Assembly: GCF_963921235.1 (NCBI RefSeq)
Contig: NC_086118.1
Location: 23,934,001 to 23,998,000 of the forward strand
DNA: 64,000 bases
Source of the DNA: Mobula hypostoma
Taxonomy: Eukaryota
Direction of reading: 5' to 3'
Part shown: piece by piece, positions 49,134-63,359 of the stretch
Layout of the letters: each line of letters starts with the position of its first letter
How positions within the stretch are numbered: the first letter of the stretch is position 1
Notes under the pieces: generated by a model
What the model saw: only the letters and a program-made list of their open reading frames with translations
Told to the model about the DNA's origin: nothing
Database searches by the model: none
Made by a program: the position numbers and the translations under genes

Positions 49134-49919
49134 AATGCATCACCAAACAGCACTAAAATTCTTCAACCATCATTTCAGATCATGTCAAGATTTGAGGATA
49201 AGTGAAGCAATCAAGGTACAGTATTTATTTACTTCATTTAGCTTCAGTTGCCTCAACCTACAAATTGAAACAAGCATGTTCCAGTTCCTGCTGATTTTTA
49301 ATCCCAGTTTTATTATACAATCACCCTTCTCCAGGCAGTTTGCCAGAATGAAAGCTGTTCCAGCTCAGGGGTTTAGGATGGTGAATGTTATCATTATGTT
49401 GCTTTCTTATAAGCCTGAAGGAGCCTCAGTTCAGACTTGTAAATATGCTGCATTAGTTTTATATCAATCTACACATCAAGAAGAATAATAGGACAGAAAT
49501 CTGAATTTAATTCTTTCAGAAATATATACTGAAAAATCCAGTTTTGTCATAATTTGCAGATGGGAGTGTCTGACTTTTTGAACAAAATGCTAGTATGTAT
49601 GTGCTCAGATATATGTCTATTGCTCTGGGAGCAGTTTTTATTTGTTTTGTTTACAAAAAGGGAAGTTAGAACTCTGTGGTAGTCCTGTGACCATGTAATC
49701 CTCGGAAGAATGTGAGGATGTGGTCATTATGTGAGTTGTACTCCACAAGATCTATCCTTCAACTTTTTGCCTTCTGCTTGGGTAGAAATTCTTTGAAGTG
49801 TGCTTCTGAATGAAGATTTCTGTATGAGGTACAGCAATCGGCTGTTATTCCCCTTGAATGGATTGGCTTCTTGGTTTGTTTCTGCTTTGATTGCAGCATT
49901 AGAAGGACTTACTTGACGT

Positions 49920-50270
49920 AGAGTCATGGAGTGATGCAGCCTGGAAGCAGGCTCGTCAACCTAACCAAGATGACCATCTAAGCTTGTCTGACTTGCAGGT
50001 GTTTGGTCCATATCTCTCTAAACCTTTCATTTCCATGTACAGTACCTGTCCAATTGTCTTTTAAATAGTCTTATGGTAGCTGTCTCAACCATTTTCCTTG
50101 GCACCTCATTCAATATACACACCAACCTCTGCATGTAGAAGTCACACTTCACGTCTATTTTAAAACTTTTCACTCTTACTTTAAACTTAAGGCTTCTGGT
50201 TTCTCGGGGAAAGAAACACGATGTGCATTCACACTATCTCTGCTCTTAATGATTTTGTACACCTCTCTAC
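49920..50270 (-). mobile_element. CR1 3' fragment (degenerate)
   Basis: Antisense CR1 end (CCATATCTCTCTAAACC...CTTAATGATTTTGTACACCTC). Confidence 0.65.
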
Positions 50271-50365
50271 ATGTGAACACACACCTTGGAATCAGTTGGG
50301 ATGAGAAAACTGAGTACATTGTCCTGTGTCTTCTATTGTAGGCATAGATGTTTAATATATTGATA

Positions 50366-50820
50366 GATTCAAGATTCAAGGTTCAAAAAACTTTATTGTC
50401 ATTCTAACCGTACATCAGCTCTGCAGGGCAGAATGAGACAGCGTTTCTCAGGAGCAGTGCAATCATAACATAACAAACACAACACTAAATAATAAACATA
50501 ACAATAAATAGTAAAACACAACAGCCACATGTCAGTTAAAATCAAGCTACAAGCGTCCAGTGCAAGTTAGAAGTGTCCAAAGCAGAGTCAGGTAGAGCTG
50601 CTATTTAGCAGTCTGACTGCCTGTGGGAGGAAGATGTTTAGTAGCCTTGTGGTTTTAGTTTTGATGCTCCTGTAACGTTTGCCTGATGGCAGAAGAACAA
50701 ACAGTTCATGGAGAGGGTGTGAGGGGTCTTTAATGATGTACCGTGTCTTCTGGAGGCATCGACTCTGAAAGAGGTCTCGGACAGAAGGTAGGGAGACCCC
50801 AATAACCTTCTCTGCTCCCC
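50366..50820 (-). mobile_element. Rex1/Babar 3' fragment
   Basis: IIKDPSHPLHELFVLLPSGKRYRS...PQAVRLLN. (CTTGAAT)n tail. GATTCAA repeated at 50821. Confidence 0.88.
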
Positions 50821-51021
50821 GATTCAAAAATCATAAGTTTGGCTAATAAGTGGCAATGATATTTTTAAATCACAGTTTTTATTTTTGAACAACATCCCCT
50901 CCAGCTGCCTCTGCACAGTGAAGCTTAGTTTGTATCCATTCCACATCATCAATATACAGCATACTTTCTATATTTTCTGAGGATAATATCCAAAGTCAAG
51001 TCATAAGGACACTGTTGTCTA

Positions 51022-53010
51022 TTTAAGACATAGGACCAGAATTTGCCATTCAACCCTTTGAGTCTGCTCTGTCATTCCATCATGGCTGATTTACTATCCC
51101 TCTCAAACACAATCTCTTGCCTTCTCCCCAAAACCTTTGATGCCCTTACTAATGAAGAGCCTATCAGCTTCTGCTTTAAATATATCCAATAACTTGGTCT
51201 CCCCGGCTATCTATGAAATGAATTCCACAGATTCAGCTCCCTCTGACTAAAGAAATTCTCCTCATTTCTGTTCTAAGGGGACATCTTTCTATTTTGAGGC
51301 TCACTAACAAAAGGAACCATCCTCTCCACATCCACTGCTGCCACCCACACGGGACTCCTACAACTCACCTACCATCACAACCGATCGACGGACGACACAA
51401 TAGCCACAGCTCTACACACCATCCTTACACATCTGGAGAAGTGGGATGCTTATGTGAGAATGCTGTTCTTGGACTACAGTTCAGCATTCAACACCATAAT
51501 TCGCTCCAGGCTCAGCAAGAAGCTCAGAGACCTCGGCCTTCACCCTGCCTTTTGTAGCTGGATCCTGGACTTCCTGTCAGATTGCCGGCAGGTGGTAAGA
51601 GTGGGCTACATCAGCTCTGCCCCTCTGACCTTAAACACAGGTGCCCCTCAGGGCTGTGTACTAAGCCCCCTCCTTTACTCTCCGTATACCCGTGACTGTG
51701 TCGCCACCCACAGCTCAAATCTGCTAATTAAATTTGCTGAAAGCATTACACTGATTGGCTTAATTTCAAATAATTAGGAGGCAGACTACAGAGAAGAAGT
51801 TATCACACTGACACAGTGGTGTCAATAAAACAACACTTCCCTCAACGTTGCAAAAACTAAGGAGCTGGTTGCGGACTACAGGAGGAATGGAGACAGGCTA
51901 ACCCTTATAGACATCAATGAATCTGGGGTTGAGGGGGTGAACAGCTTCAAACTTCAAGTTCCTCGGCATAAACATCACCGAGGATCTCACGTGGTCTGTA
52001 CATACCAGCTGTGTGGTGAAAAAGGCATAACTTTGCCATTTTCACCTCAGATGGTTGAAGAAGTTTTGTATGACAACCCAAACTCTACGAAGTTTCTATA
52101 GGGGCGCAATTGAAAGCATCCTGACTGGCTGCATCACTGCCTGGTGTGGGAACTGTACTTCCCTTAGTCACAGGACTCTGCTGAGAGTGGTGTGGACAGC
52201 CCAGCGCATCTATAGATGCGAATTTTCCACTATTCAGGACATTTACAAGGACAGGTGTGTAAAAAGGGCCCGAAGGATCATTGGGGACCTGAGTCACCCC
52301 AACCACAAACTGTTCCAGCTGCTACCATCCGGGAAACAGTACCGCAGCATAAAAGCCAGGACCAAAAGGCTCCAGGACAGCTGCTTCCACCAGATAATCA
52401 GACTGATTAATTCATGCTGATGCAGTTGTATTTATATGTTATATTGACCATCTTGTTATACATAATATTTATTATAAATTACTATAATTGCACTTTGCAC
52501 ATTTACACGGAGAGGTAACATAAAGATTTTTACTCCTCATGTATATGAAGGATATAAGTAATAAAGTCAATTCAATTCAATTCATTCCATCTAAGCCTTT
52601 CAATATTCAATAGATTTCAATGACATCCCTCCTCATTCTTTAAAATTCTAGCGAGTAGAGGCCCAGAGCCATTAAACATTCCTCATACGTTAACTCTTTT
52701 ATTCACAGAATCTTTCTTTTGAACTTCCTCTGGACTCTCCAGTGCCAGCACATCCTTTCCCAGATAAGTGGCCCAAAATTGCTTGCAATACTCCAAGTGC
52801 AGCATGAGCAATATATTATAAAGCCTCAGTATTACATTCCTGCTTTTATATTCTAGCCCTCAAGAAATCAATGCTAAAATTGCATTTGTCTTCTTCAGCA
52901 CTGACACAACCTGCAAGCTAACCTTTAGGATATACTGCAGGATGATTCCCAATTCCCTTTGCACCTCAGATTTCTGAATGTTTTCCTCAGTTAGAAAATA
53001 ATCCACAACT
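51022..53010 (-). mobile_element. CR1 fragment split by Rex1 (~51022-51300 and ~52585-53010)
   Basis: Antisense CR1 3' UTR and RT C-terminus on both sides of the insertion. Confidence 0.75.
51335..52585 (+). mobile_element. Rex1/Babar LINE, 5'-truncated
   Basis: [45 protein letters not shown] plus a (CAATT)n tail. Confidence 0.92.
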
Positions 53011-53846
53011 TTATCACTACTAATGTCTCCACAATCTTTTCCCCTACCTCTTTCGGAATCCTGGTGTATACATTTCTATATATAGAAAACAGTGGTTGAA
53101 AAATCAGTCCAGAACATGAGCTCATATGAGTAACTTGTACAAAGTATTATGTATTAATTGTTTAGCCTTGATAATAAACCATTTTTCTTCAATATTCCAC
53201 ATGTTCTCTAGTATATGTTAGTGCCACATAGGAAAGACTTCACAAGTTGGTGCTAAACTAGAATAAATTGTGTGGAAGGTTGATTAGTTAGGCTGAAGTT
53301 CTTTAGTATCTTATGAATATCGTATAGCTGGGCAATTTTTCTCGATGTCCGGTTGATGCTAATATTATAATCATACTTGTAAAAGATATAGTTCATGTTT
53401 AAATGCAATTCTCTAGTACTATATTGAAATGCTGCTTGGACCTATTATGTTCCATAATCGCATCCTCTCACCTTTTTTATAGCGTGCTTCAAATTGGTTG
53501 AAGGCTGACTTCTGTGATGTTGAGAACCTCAGGAGGAAAACAGAATTGATCGTCTACTCTGCATTTCTAGCTGAGCATGGCTGTGAATGCTTGTGATTGC
53601 AAATGCACAATTGTTGCTAATTATGGTTCTCATTCTTCCAAAAGCTATCAAAATCAAGATTCTGCAAGATTCTACTATGAATCAATCAAGGAATGCCCGT
53701 GGTCAAGCTTACACAGTTGTGTTCCACCGCCTGCATTCTCACCACTACTACAAGTAACAGAGCGTTCAACTGTGGATGCAATAGTACAGTTATCAGTGAG
53801 TCAGAAAACTCCATCAATGCTTGGTCAAAGTACAGAGAATATAGGG

Positions 53847-54830
53847 CAGGGGTGGCGAACCTTTTTGAGAGCATGTGCTTAAATTGGTGATGTTCTTTGA
53901 AAATATTCTTTTGCGTGCCATTGTAATTTTTAGCAGAAATTATCATTAATTACAGTAATTGGTAACAATAATTACAGATATTTTAAGGAAAAAGGATGTC
54001 TTGTGATTATTTATGCGTATTTGTTGTTTTGCTATTAAAAAAGCATAATAGAAGCAGATTGAACTAAGCATTTTAGAAAACCTGTTAAAAACTTAATATT
54101 AAATTTTAAAAAGACAATTGAGAAATAACATTTCTATATAGTATTGTTATTGTACCTCATATATAATAGAAGAAGTAGGTATGTGAAATTATAAACTTTA
54201 ATGCATATTCTTAAAAGACCAAGGAAATGAAAGTAAACATACTCTCAGTGAGACTTCAGTTGCTTCATGACCAGTGACGAATATTTTATATTTGGCTTGT
54301 ATTTGGTTGTTTTGAGAGCTATGCACACAGCACTAGTTTCATCAGTAACCCTACTCTAATAATTAGACTTGACCAAGTTCATCACTAAAGACAATACAAT
54401 GATTCACATTAATAATCGTAGAGGCACTAAACTACATACGGTATTTACCATTATTTCATTGAATATCCAGTGTTCACTCACAAATATCAGAAGAAATAAA
54501 TATAAACAACAAAGCCAATGCCAACTGGCCCAATTACTATGTAATACCTTTGCACACATAGTGTCTGCAAGGATTTTAACACATAATATCCAACGTCACA
54601 TGTTTTGCATCTGTCTGGCTGGCACCAAGATGGTGCCAGACGTTTCCTGCCTTTGAGTTGTAAAAAATAATTTGCTACTTCACTTCCTAATACAGATGAT
54701 CATTATGTATCTTTTTTTAATTATGGTTGGGTTTTAAAGAATTGGGAGGGAGGGCAGCATTTTATGCCACCTGCCAACAAAAATTTTGCTTGTGCCATCT
54801 TTGGCACATGCCATAGATTTGCCAATCCTG
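53847..54830 (-). mobile_element. hAT (Charlie/Buster-like) non-autonomous DNA transposon
   Basis: Imperfect TIRs CAGGGGTGGCGAACCT / AGATTTGCCAATCCTG. - strand ~54245-54355 encodes SRVTDETSAVCIALKTTKYKPNIK...KQLKSH*, a Charlie-type transposase C-terminus. Confidence 0.8.
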
Positions 54831-55811
54831 AATAGATTCTCCAGAAGATGGGTCTGTTGTTTACAGTCACTCAGATAAGTTCTGAAGTGAGAATCTTTTG
54901 AGAATGGATGTGGAAAGGATGTATTAAAATATACCAGATGTTCTAAACCTACTTTAAGAATGAATTTGGCATCTAACAGAATGGCTGAATAAACTGTCAG
55001 ATTTGTCAAAGATGTCATTCTTAGTATGATACTTATATAGTGTCTGAATTCATATTACTTCTAAGTGCTACCTTGATAATAATTTGTCATTAGTGGTGTC
55101 ATGGAGATACACGGCATTGAAACAGGCCCTTCAGCCCATCTTGTCTATGCTGACCAAGTTATCTATGAGATAGTCCCATTAAACCTACTAAACATACTAA
55201 ACCATCTCACTAAACCTTTCATAACCACGTACCTATCCAAATGTGTTTTTTTTTATGTTGTAATTGTACCAATAGTAATGTAGAATGGTTGTAAAGTTAA
55301 GAGACGGGGAAGAGTTCTGTTAATTTTTCTTTTCTTTTTATTAATTTTCATCCCTTAATTTTTTTCTTATCTTTCTTCATTTTCATAATGTTCAAATGAT
55401 TTATATTTACTTTAATGCATTTAGTCATTTTAAAAATATTTTGAGGATCAGAAAAAGAGCCTGTACTAGTAAAAGACCATCAGGACAGGTGGGGAGGATT
55501 AGGGCTCAGGATTACTACCTAGTGGCCACATTGAAAAGCCAAGTCAATGAAGAATGAAGTTTCATTAGTGCAGCAGACCTGCAAATTTCTTGCAGCTATG
55601 GGATCCCATGGGATGGCGAGGAAGAACAATGTAGTATCAACTCTTGGCACAAGCTGGAGCTAACACGATCTGGCCCATTTAGATCTCCATCACACTTGAA
55701 ACGTTCTGAGATTCAGGGAAACTTGACTAAAGTATGAGATGAACAGAAGAAAATCAATCATAATCTTATTATTGCTTAGCCTAATCTGAACCTTAACCCT
55801 ATTGCCTGATA

Positions 55812-56339
55812 TGACTCCCTGTACCTACTAAAGTGGCCACTAAGTGTATGTTTGTGGGGTGTTGTAGCCCATCCACTTCAAGTTTCAATGTGGTGTACAT
55901 TCAGAGACATGCTCCTGCTTGCCACTGTTGTGATGTCTGAGTTACTGTTCCCTTCCTGTCAGCTTGAACCAGTCTGACCGTTCCCTTCTGACCTCTCTCA
56001 TTAACACGGAGTTTTTACCCATGGAGCACACTGGAATTTATTTTGTTTCTCACACTATTCTCTATAAACTCTAGATATTGTAGTACGTGAAAATCCCAGG
56101 AGATCCAGTTTCTGAGATACTCAAAAAACCCTCATCTTGCATCAACAATCATCCCATGGTCAAAGTCACTTAGATCACATTTCTTCCCCATTTTGATGTT
56201 TGATCTAAACAACAACTGAACCTCTTGACCATGTCTGCATACTTGTATGCATTGAATTGCTGCCACATGATTCGCTGACTAAATATTTGTATTTATGAGT
56301 AAGTGCACAGATGTACCTAATAAAGTGACTTCTGAGTGT
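55812..56339 (-). mobile_element. Tc1-derived non-autonomous element (copy 2)
   Basis: GTACCTACTAAAGTGGCCACTAAGTGTA and terminal GTACCTAATAAAGTGACTTCTGAGTG-TA. Homologous to copies 1 and 3. Confidence 0.85.
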
Positions 56340-58273
56340 ATATCCTACCATGATAAAAGAAAATGATGCCTCTGGTACGCAATTGTATCTGTTAGGAGAG
56401 ATGGCTGAGTGCCATTTCTGGTTAATCCCACTGGAAGACAACTTCATTAAGTTTCAAAATTAAAAATAAAAAGAGTACAGATTGTCAGTGGCTTCCTTTA
56501 ATTTCCTGATCTTAGAAGCAGGATGACGGTCAGAGACCTTGCTTTTAAGAAGTCTCCCCTTGGGTTTAAATCCAGTTTGTTTGTTCTGTGGTATACCATG
56601 TTTACTGAAGGTTTTAAGACCATGATGTTTCCATGATGCAAGTTCTCATTTTCACTATGTACCCTACAACTGGGAAGCAGATTAAATCCCATTTTACAGA
56701 TTGATTCATGTTAACAACAGGTGTAAAGCTGGTCCAATAGAAGTTCAGGGATTCAAAGCAAATTCTTTGCCTGGAATGATGGTCTAACATGGCCATGATG
56801 AATGGAAAATATCAAAGCAGGAGTTGCAAAATGAGTGGACACATTTGTTAGTTTCCAGGGCTGAAAAGTGAAGACAGCAGGAATTAAACTGCATGAGGGC
56901 TTATGGCAACATGAATCGTATGTTATACTCTTAAAATGTCAAAACTACTGCTGAGAATAAAATAACTTCAGATAGAGATCAGAGCAGCAATAAGCCCTGT
57001 GATAGAACTCAAGGGTGACTCCAAATCTGAGGCTGAAACTATATCTGTGCCATTAGCAGCAACTGATGGTGCTGATATCAACATTAATCTCCCAGATTTA
57101 AGGTGATATCAGAGCTTTAAATTACTAAATCAAGTGGAGGAATATAACCATATCATGTCAACAGCAGTTAATTAGGAAGTGCCATTAAGCATCCAAGAAG
57201 GTTACTTAAATGAATATAGCATTACCAAAATACATGCAGAAACCAAAATTAAAAATAAAATGCAGTCTGTGTGATGACCATATCAGAATGCTTGGAGGAA
57301 ATTCTTGTAGCCCTTCACACAAACTTTATACTACTGTACGGAATGCACTGAACTACTAAAAAATTAGATTAAACCTATTGAGTTTGGGCTTATTCTCTAA
57401 AATAGAATTTTCAGAGCTTTCAAATGGTGAGATCCAATATTCTTCAGAGTAGGATGGGGATTGCTTGTAATGAATTCCACTTCTCCAAACCTCAAAGGGA
57501 CGTAACATTGGCAGTTAGATGTCTGAATCCTGATTAAATTAGGTGCACCAGGCCATCAAGTGAGCAGAATAGCTTGAGGCTCGAGGAGTGGATAAAGAAT
57601 TTCTTGTTAAAAAAAGAACATATGAAGAGGTAACAGGAAACATTATAATTCATCTGAGGGAAACACCAACATGCTTACAGAAGTAATTTCTTTAAAACAT
57701 GTAACTTGCACACAGTGGGACAGATAGATGCTTGGGAGGTTGTTCTTCTGGTACAAGGATCTCCCAGTGATAAAATAAATCCAAGAGATTTACCTCAAGC
57801 CTTCCCGGCTTACTCAGACTTTTTGATAGAACTTCTGGGTATGGGTTTTTCAGCACTCACAGCCTCCTGCAAATATTGAGGTCAGGCTGTTTAAGTACAT
57901 AACTGAGTTTAGCATTTCTAGTTTGGATTATAAAACTATTTTATTTTTGGTTCAGCATTACTCATCTAGAATTAAGTCTGCTACAGTCTACAAGGTAAAC
58001 TGCTAAGACAGGGAAGAAAACTTTCCATTGACTAGAAGTAATGGAAAGAAAATATATGGCCTGCCTATAACTGCGTGGTGTTTAAATAAAACCCCTCCAT
58101 CTAACCTGATGGAGCAATAGTTTAGGTGATACCTGGAAAGAACCGTTTCACTTTCTGTCCTTCAATGATGCAATCAAATTGCAACATACGAGATTCTGAG
58201 AGGGGTTTCTGATAGAAACAAAAAGATTGTATCCTTCAGCCAGGAAGACTATAATTCGGAGGCATAGTTCCAG

Positions 58274-58859
58274 TGGCCACACATTTTAATTCCACATCCC
58301 GTTCCCATTCCGATATGTCTATCCATGGCCTCCACTACAGTCGAGGTGAAGCCACACTCAGGTTGGAGGAACAACACTTTATATTCCGTCTGAGTAGCCT
58401 CCAACCTGATGGCATAAACATTGATTTCTCTAACTTCCGTTAATGCCCCTCCTCCCCTTCTTACCCTATCCCTAATTATTTATTTGTTTGTTTGTTTGTT
58501 TGTTTGTTTATTTATTTATTCTCTCTCTTTCCCTCTCACAATAACTCCTTTCCTGTTCTCCATCTTCCCCTGGTGCTCCCCTCCACCTTTCTTTCTTCCA
58601 AGGCTTTCCGTCCTATGATACTCCCCCTTCTCCAGCCTTGTATCCCTTTTACCAATCAACTTCCCAGCTCTTAGCTTCATCCCTCTCCCTCCTGACTTCT
58701 CCTATCGCTTTGGGTCTCCCACTCCCCCTCCCCCTTTCCAATTTCTTACTATCTCTTTTTTCCATTAGTCCTGTCGAAGGGTCTTGACTCGAAACATCGA
58801 CTGTACTGCTTCCTATAGATGCTGCCTGGCCTGCTGCATTCCACTGGCATTTTGTGTGT
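58274..58859 (+). mobile_element. Penelope-like element 3' end nested in a decayed CR1 fragment (~58180-59110)
   Basis: PVATHFNS...EATLRLEEQHFIFRLSSLQPDGINIDFSNFR*. Degenerate hammerhead at 58767-58802. GTTCCAG duplicated at 58267-58273 and 58860-58866. Confidence 0.88.
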
Positions 58860-61574
58860 GTTCCAGAGAAGGGTCCATTTAGTACAGTGAAGAGTTGAAA
58901 TTTCTTTGATCATAGGATGAGAGATCTTTGGAAGTTTTCATTGCAGAGGGTTGAGTCTGATCAGACATTGAGTGCATTCAGGGATAAGTCTGATTTTTTT
59001 TGGATGATAACGAAAAGAAAAGTCTATGGATGTGGGTTGGCAAAATGGAAGAGGCACACAATCAGTATCAGCCACTGGTGCAGCAGGCTGCAGAGAATGT
59101 ATAGAGTTCTCCAGTCTTTCTTTTATATCTATACTATAATTTCTTTATAATCTTGTATTCAGTTTGTTACTCATGCAACAGTCATGGATGGGTGCTGAGA
59201 TAAAGCTTTGATTTATGTACTGTCTCTTCCTTCAATAAAATTCAACTTTCACTTCACTAGGAATTAAAAGTTGTTTCTTACCAATTGTGATTGCCCCCTG
59301 AAGCTTGCCAAAAAAAAACGTCATCAAGGCCAGAAAGTTAACAGTTGCAGAGTATCCTTAAGAATTATCTTGATGTGTTATAATAAATTAAATGAGTATA
59401 AAACTCATGCTTGTTAATGTAAAGGTGGTACAAATACAGAGGAAGATTCAAATGGAGAGAAGAAGGATAATGTGGATGGAATATTGAAGAGTGAATGTTG
59501 TAATTAGAACACCCCTAAAGCTTACTCTTGAGTTACTGAAATAACATAACCCTTTTCAAAGATTTTGAAAGGAACAGAAAATACCTGAACAGGTTATGAC
59601 TTTTCCAAAGTACCTGCAAAAAAAATATTAATGTCAAATTGTTAAAAGCAAATATTTAGGTAGCAAAAGAATGTAATTTCTCGCCGTTGCCTCTCAACCC
59701 TGAGACAAAATGAATGGCATATTTTGTACTGCACCAACCTGTCAAAATATAATTACAACAGGAAAAAAACTCGCATTGCATTCCAATTATGTTACAAATC
59801 ATCTACAACCAACAGATGTATCAAGCAACCAATGAGCAGAGCAAACCGATACAAGTTACTGTGATATTTAGTTCAGGCATGTACAGTGTACGGCTGAGCT
59901 AACAAAGCACTGGGACTATAAAGTCATAACTTTCTGCAAGTTATCAGTTGTATAATTGACTCTATTTTGCTAAACCTTCTCTGAAGCGTAAAATAGTCCA
60001 GATGCAACAAATATTGTTTCTTATGTGATAGGAACAGAAAATATAGGAAACGCTACATGAATGCTGCCTGATTGGCTGAAACTAAAAGACAGTATTTCAA
60101 CTCAAACATCAACTCTGTTTCTCTCTCCACAGATGCTGCCTGATCTGCTGTACATTTCAAGAATTCTCTCTTCTTATTTCTCCTTTCTGTCATCCACAGC
60201 ACTTTGTTTTCTGAATTTCTTTATTTCCTTTGTCTATAATTCTTCAATATTGACCAACTAGATTCAATGGTATGCTGATAAACATTGATTCTTTAAACCT
60301 CTGTAGGCAAAAATATATGTGTCTTGAAATTCAATCAAATTATTTGTTTTTTTCATTTGAGACAATTGAAAATTGATTTCCACAATGTGATATTAAAACA
60401 ACCATTCTTAGACATTCCTCATCATTTCTGAAATTTGAGTACTCCCCCTTATTTCCCAAAGTTAATTCCATATCAACTGGATACAATATAATGTCATTGT
60501 TTTGTGCAGTGCTCCCTTTACAGCACCTTGCAGGAGAACCATCATAACTGACTCTTGGGTTAACTATGTCTTCACAGTACTGTGCTTGATGTAGGATGAG
60601 ACCCATTGTGTATCCAGTTGGCAAACAACGACATGCTGAAACCTCAGAACTGTGAATTCCCCACCACAAAGCCCATCCCCCTATAAACTGGAAACACAGG
60701 GTCCCTCCAAACCCCCAACACCATTCTCAGACCTATTTTAAAGGATCTGATATCCAGCTGCACCTTCCTCATAAGCCCATCAGCCACTCGCCTGATTGCA
60801 ATATTTGACCCTGGAAATCAGCCTCAAATCTTGGACCCTGATCATCATCCCCAACACAAGGCAGCAAGTAGTCCAGAATTACACTCTTTCGAAGAAACCA
60901 CTCTCTCAGCATCTCTGGCATTTTGACCCTAATAACACCTTTTGAATTTGGCCTTGATTCCGACTGGTATGTTTTCTAAAATGAAATTATGCAGTTCCAG
61001 TTAATTGTACAAGAACTTTGACCTCAGGCACTACTGAAATGTGTGGTGAAGTGCTCACTTCCAGATCAGAAAAACCATTTGGATGCACTGAAATTCCATG
61101 GCAATATAAACACTAATGGGACTGAAATGACTCCAAACTTCAACACAGTAATCATTACTGGAAGATCCAAGGGATTTGTATTAAAACATATTCAAGTTTT
61201 TGACAATGATAACTTCTTTATCTTAATGACTGTACACAGCCATCTGGGAGTCCAATCATAATCCACCCAATTTCTGTACCAAACCTTTACACCTGACATT
61301 GTGAATCCCCTATGCAGAAATATAGCACTATTTGACCCATTCTCTACCAAATAAACCCAAAGTTTACCTTGCGTCATGTAGTGTTTCTTTCTACATTTAA
61401 ATCAGAACTTCCTGAGTTCAAATCTGAGTACAGGATTGAGGCACTCAATAATTCAGTGTGCTTCCACAGGAGTGCTCCAATCACTTAAATGGCATTTCAG
61501 ACTGAGCTTCAAACAGGCAAAGTTCCATGAGTGGAAATTTAAGATTTAATAGCACAGTTCAAAGAAGAGCCTGA

Positions 61575-61795
61575 AGTCATAGCATGATACAACACAGAAA
61601 TGGGCCTTTCAGCCCATCAAGTCTATACTGACAATCAAGCATAAATTAATGCTCACTCCATTCTCCCAATAGCTCCTCGACTACCACAAGATTTTATCTA
61701 GATAATAGAAGCAATTACAATGGATAATGGTCGACTATTCCATGTCTTTGTAATGTGGGAGGAAAGCAGAACAACCGGAGCAAAACCACACTAGC
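61575..61795 (-). mobile_element. Degenerate V-SINE
   Basis: TGTGGGAGGAAAGCAGAACAACCGGAGCAAAACCAC is an antisense V-domain. CR1-like tail. Confidence 0.6.
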
Positions 61796-61932
61796 TAGGC
61801 TCATCCTCTGCAGTATTGGCCAAAAATGATGCATGGTAACAATTGTATGTTGAGTCCATACCTGAAATCTAATTCCATTGTAGTCAGTAGAACTGAACTT
61901 CTGAAGTGAAAGTCAACATTACTGAATATTTA

Positions 61933-62504
61933 CACTCAGTGGCCTCTTTATTATTTATACCTGTGCACTTGCTTGTTTAATGCAAATATCTAATCAGCCA
62001 GTCATGTGGCAGCAACTTGATGCATAAAACCATGCAACATGGTCACGAGGTTCAGTTGTTGTTCAGAGTAAACATCAGAATGAGGAAGAAATGTGAGCTA
62101 AGTGACTTTGACTGTGGAATGATTGTTGGCGCCAGATGGGGTGGTTTGAATATCTCAGAAACTGCTGATCTCCTGGGATTTTCATACACAACGTTCTCTA
62201 GAGTTTACAGAGAATGGTGCAAAAGGCAAAATAGAAAATACAGTGAGTGGCAGTTCTTTGAGTGAGGATGCATTGTTAATGAAAGAGCTCAGAGGAGAAT
62301 AGCCAGACTGTTTCATACTGACTGGAAGGCAATGATAACTTAAATAACCATGTGTTATGGCAGTGGTGTGCAGATGAGCATCCCTGAACACGCAACACAT
62401 CAAACCTTAGGGTGGATGGGCAACCACAGGAAAAGACCATGAACGTACACTCAGTGACCACTTTATTAGGAACAGGAGGTACCTATTAAAGTGGCCACTT
62501 GGTG
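61933..62504 (+). mobile_element. Tc1-derived non-autonomous element (copy 3) keeping the transposase N-terminus
   Basis: TA + CACTCAGTGGCC...TIR. MRKKCELSDFDCGMIVGARWGGLNISETADLLGFSYTTFSRVYREW is a Tc1 HTH region. Right TIR ...AAAGTGGCCACTTGGTG. Confidence 0.9.
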
Positions 62505-63359
62505 CATTTAATGTATACAATAGAGGCCAAACTTCTAACTCTTTTCACTCTGAAGCAAACTTGTACAAAGTCATGTTGAAGCTGTTTGAAGAGATTTTAA
62601 AGCTTTACGATTACAGCTGTAGACTGTGAAATTGATGAGTGAGGATCACTATTAAACGCTTTCACTCACCATTCTGCCAGAACTCAAACAACTTCAAACA
62701 CAGTTCTAGCAAACTGAGTAATTTTAAATCTACTGCATCATTGTTCCCAAAATACAGATGCCTTGATGTGGGTGAAAATCATGTCTCAAGTCTTACACAT
62801 TTGTAGATACATGTTGTTGCTGCTTGCTTTAATGGATATCACTATAGAATGAAAGAATTTTGAGCCTTTTAAGAGAAATGGCAGATGAAGACTGATGTAT
62901 AAGTGCTATAATTTCAGAGACATAATCATTGCTTACGACTACATTTTACAGCTGTGTGTAACTTAATTGTTGGTTTCACTGTAACATTCTATCACCGACT
63001 GTTTCTACAATTTTGACAGTGATATTTGTGTTGTAGAATGGCTGATAGTCAGATTAAAGGATAGAATTTATATGCCCTAGTCTTCAGCGAGAGCTCATGG
63101 AAAGTTATGGGAAAATATAGGTAGTCTCCAATTCCCTTTAATGGTGTACAAAATTTTGGAAAGTCTACCATTAAATACTGGTACCTCCAGCTCAAAATTA
63201 TGGCAAAGTTGGCATGCACACACACACAGGGCTTTGTAGATGTTCCCAGCTGTCCCGATCAACAAATGTAATGTTGCTTGAATGTAAATTCTGCATTACT
63301 GAATGTGCATTCAAGTGTACCCCATTGGGCCTTTGTAGTCCTTGACGCGCAGTTAAAGT

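Noticed and set aside
56860..57340. Possible ancient CR1 ORF2 remnant (and an APE-like remnant at ~60400-60620, - strand)
   Set aside because: Only vague motif echoes; too decayed to call without an alignment.
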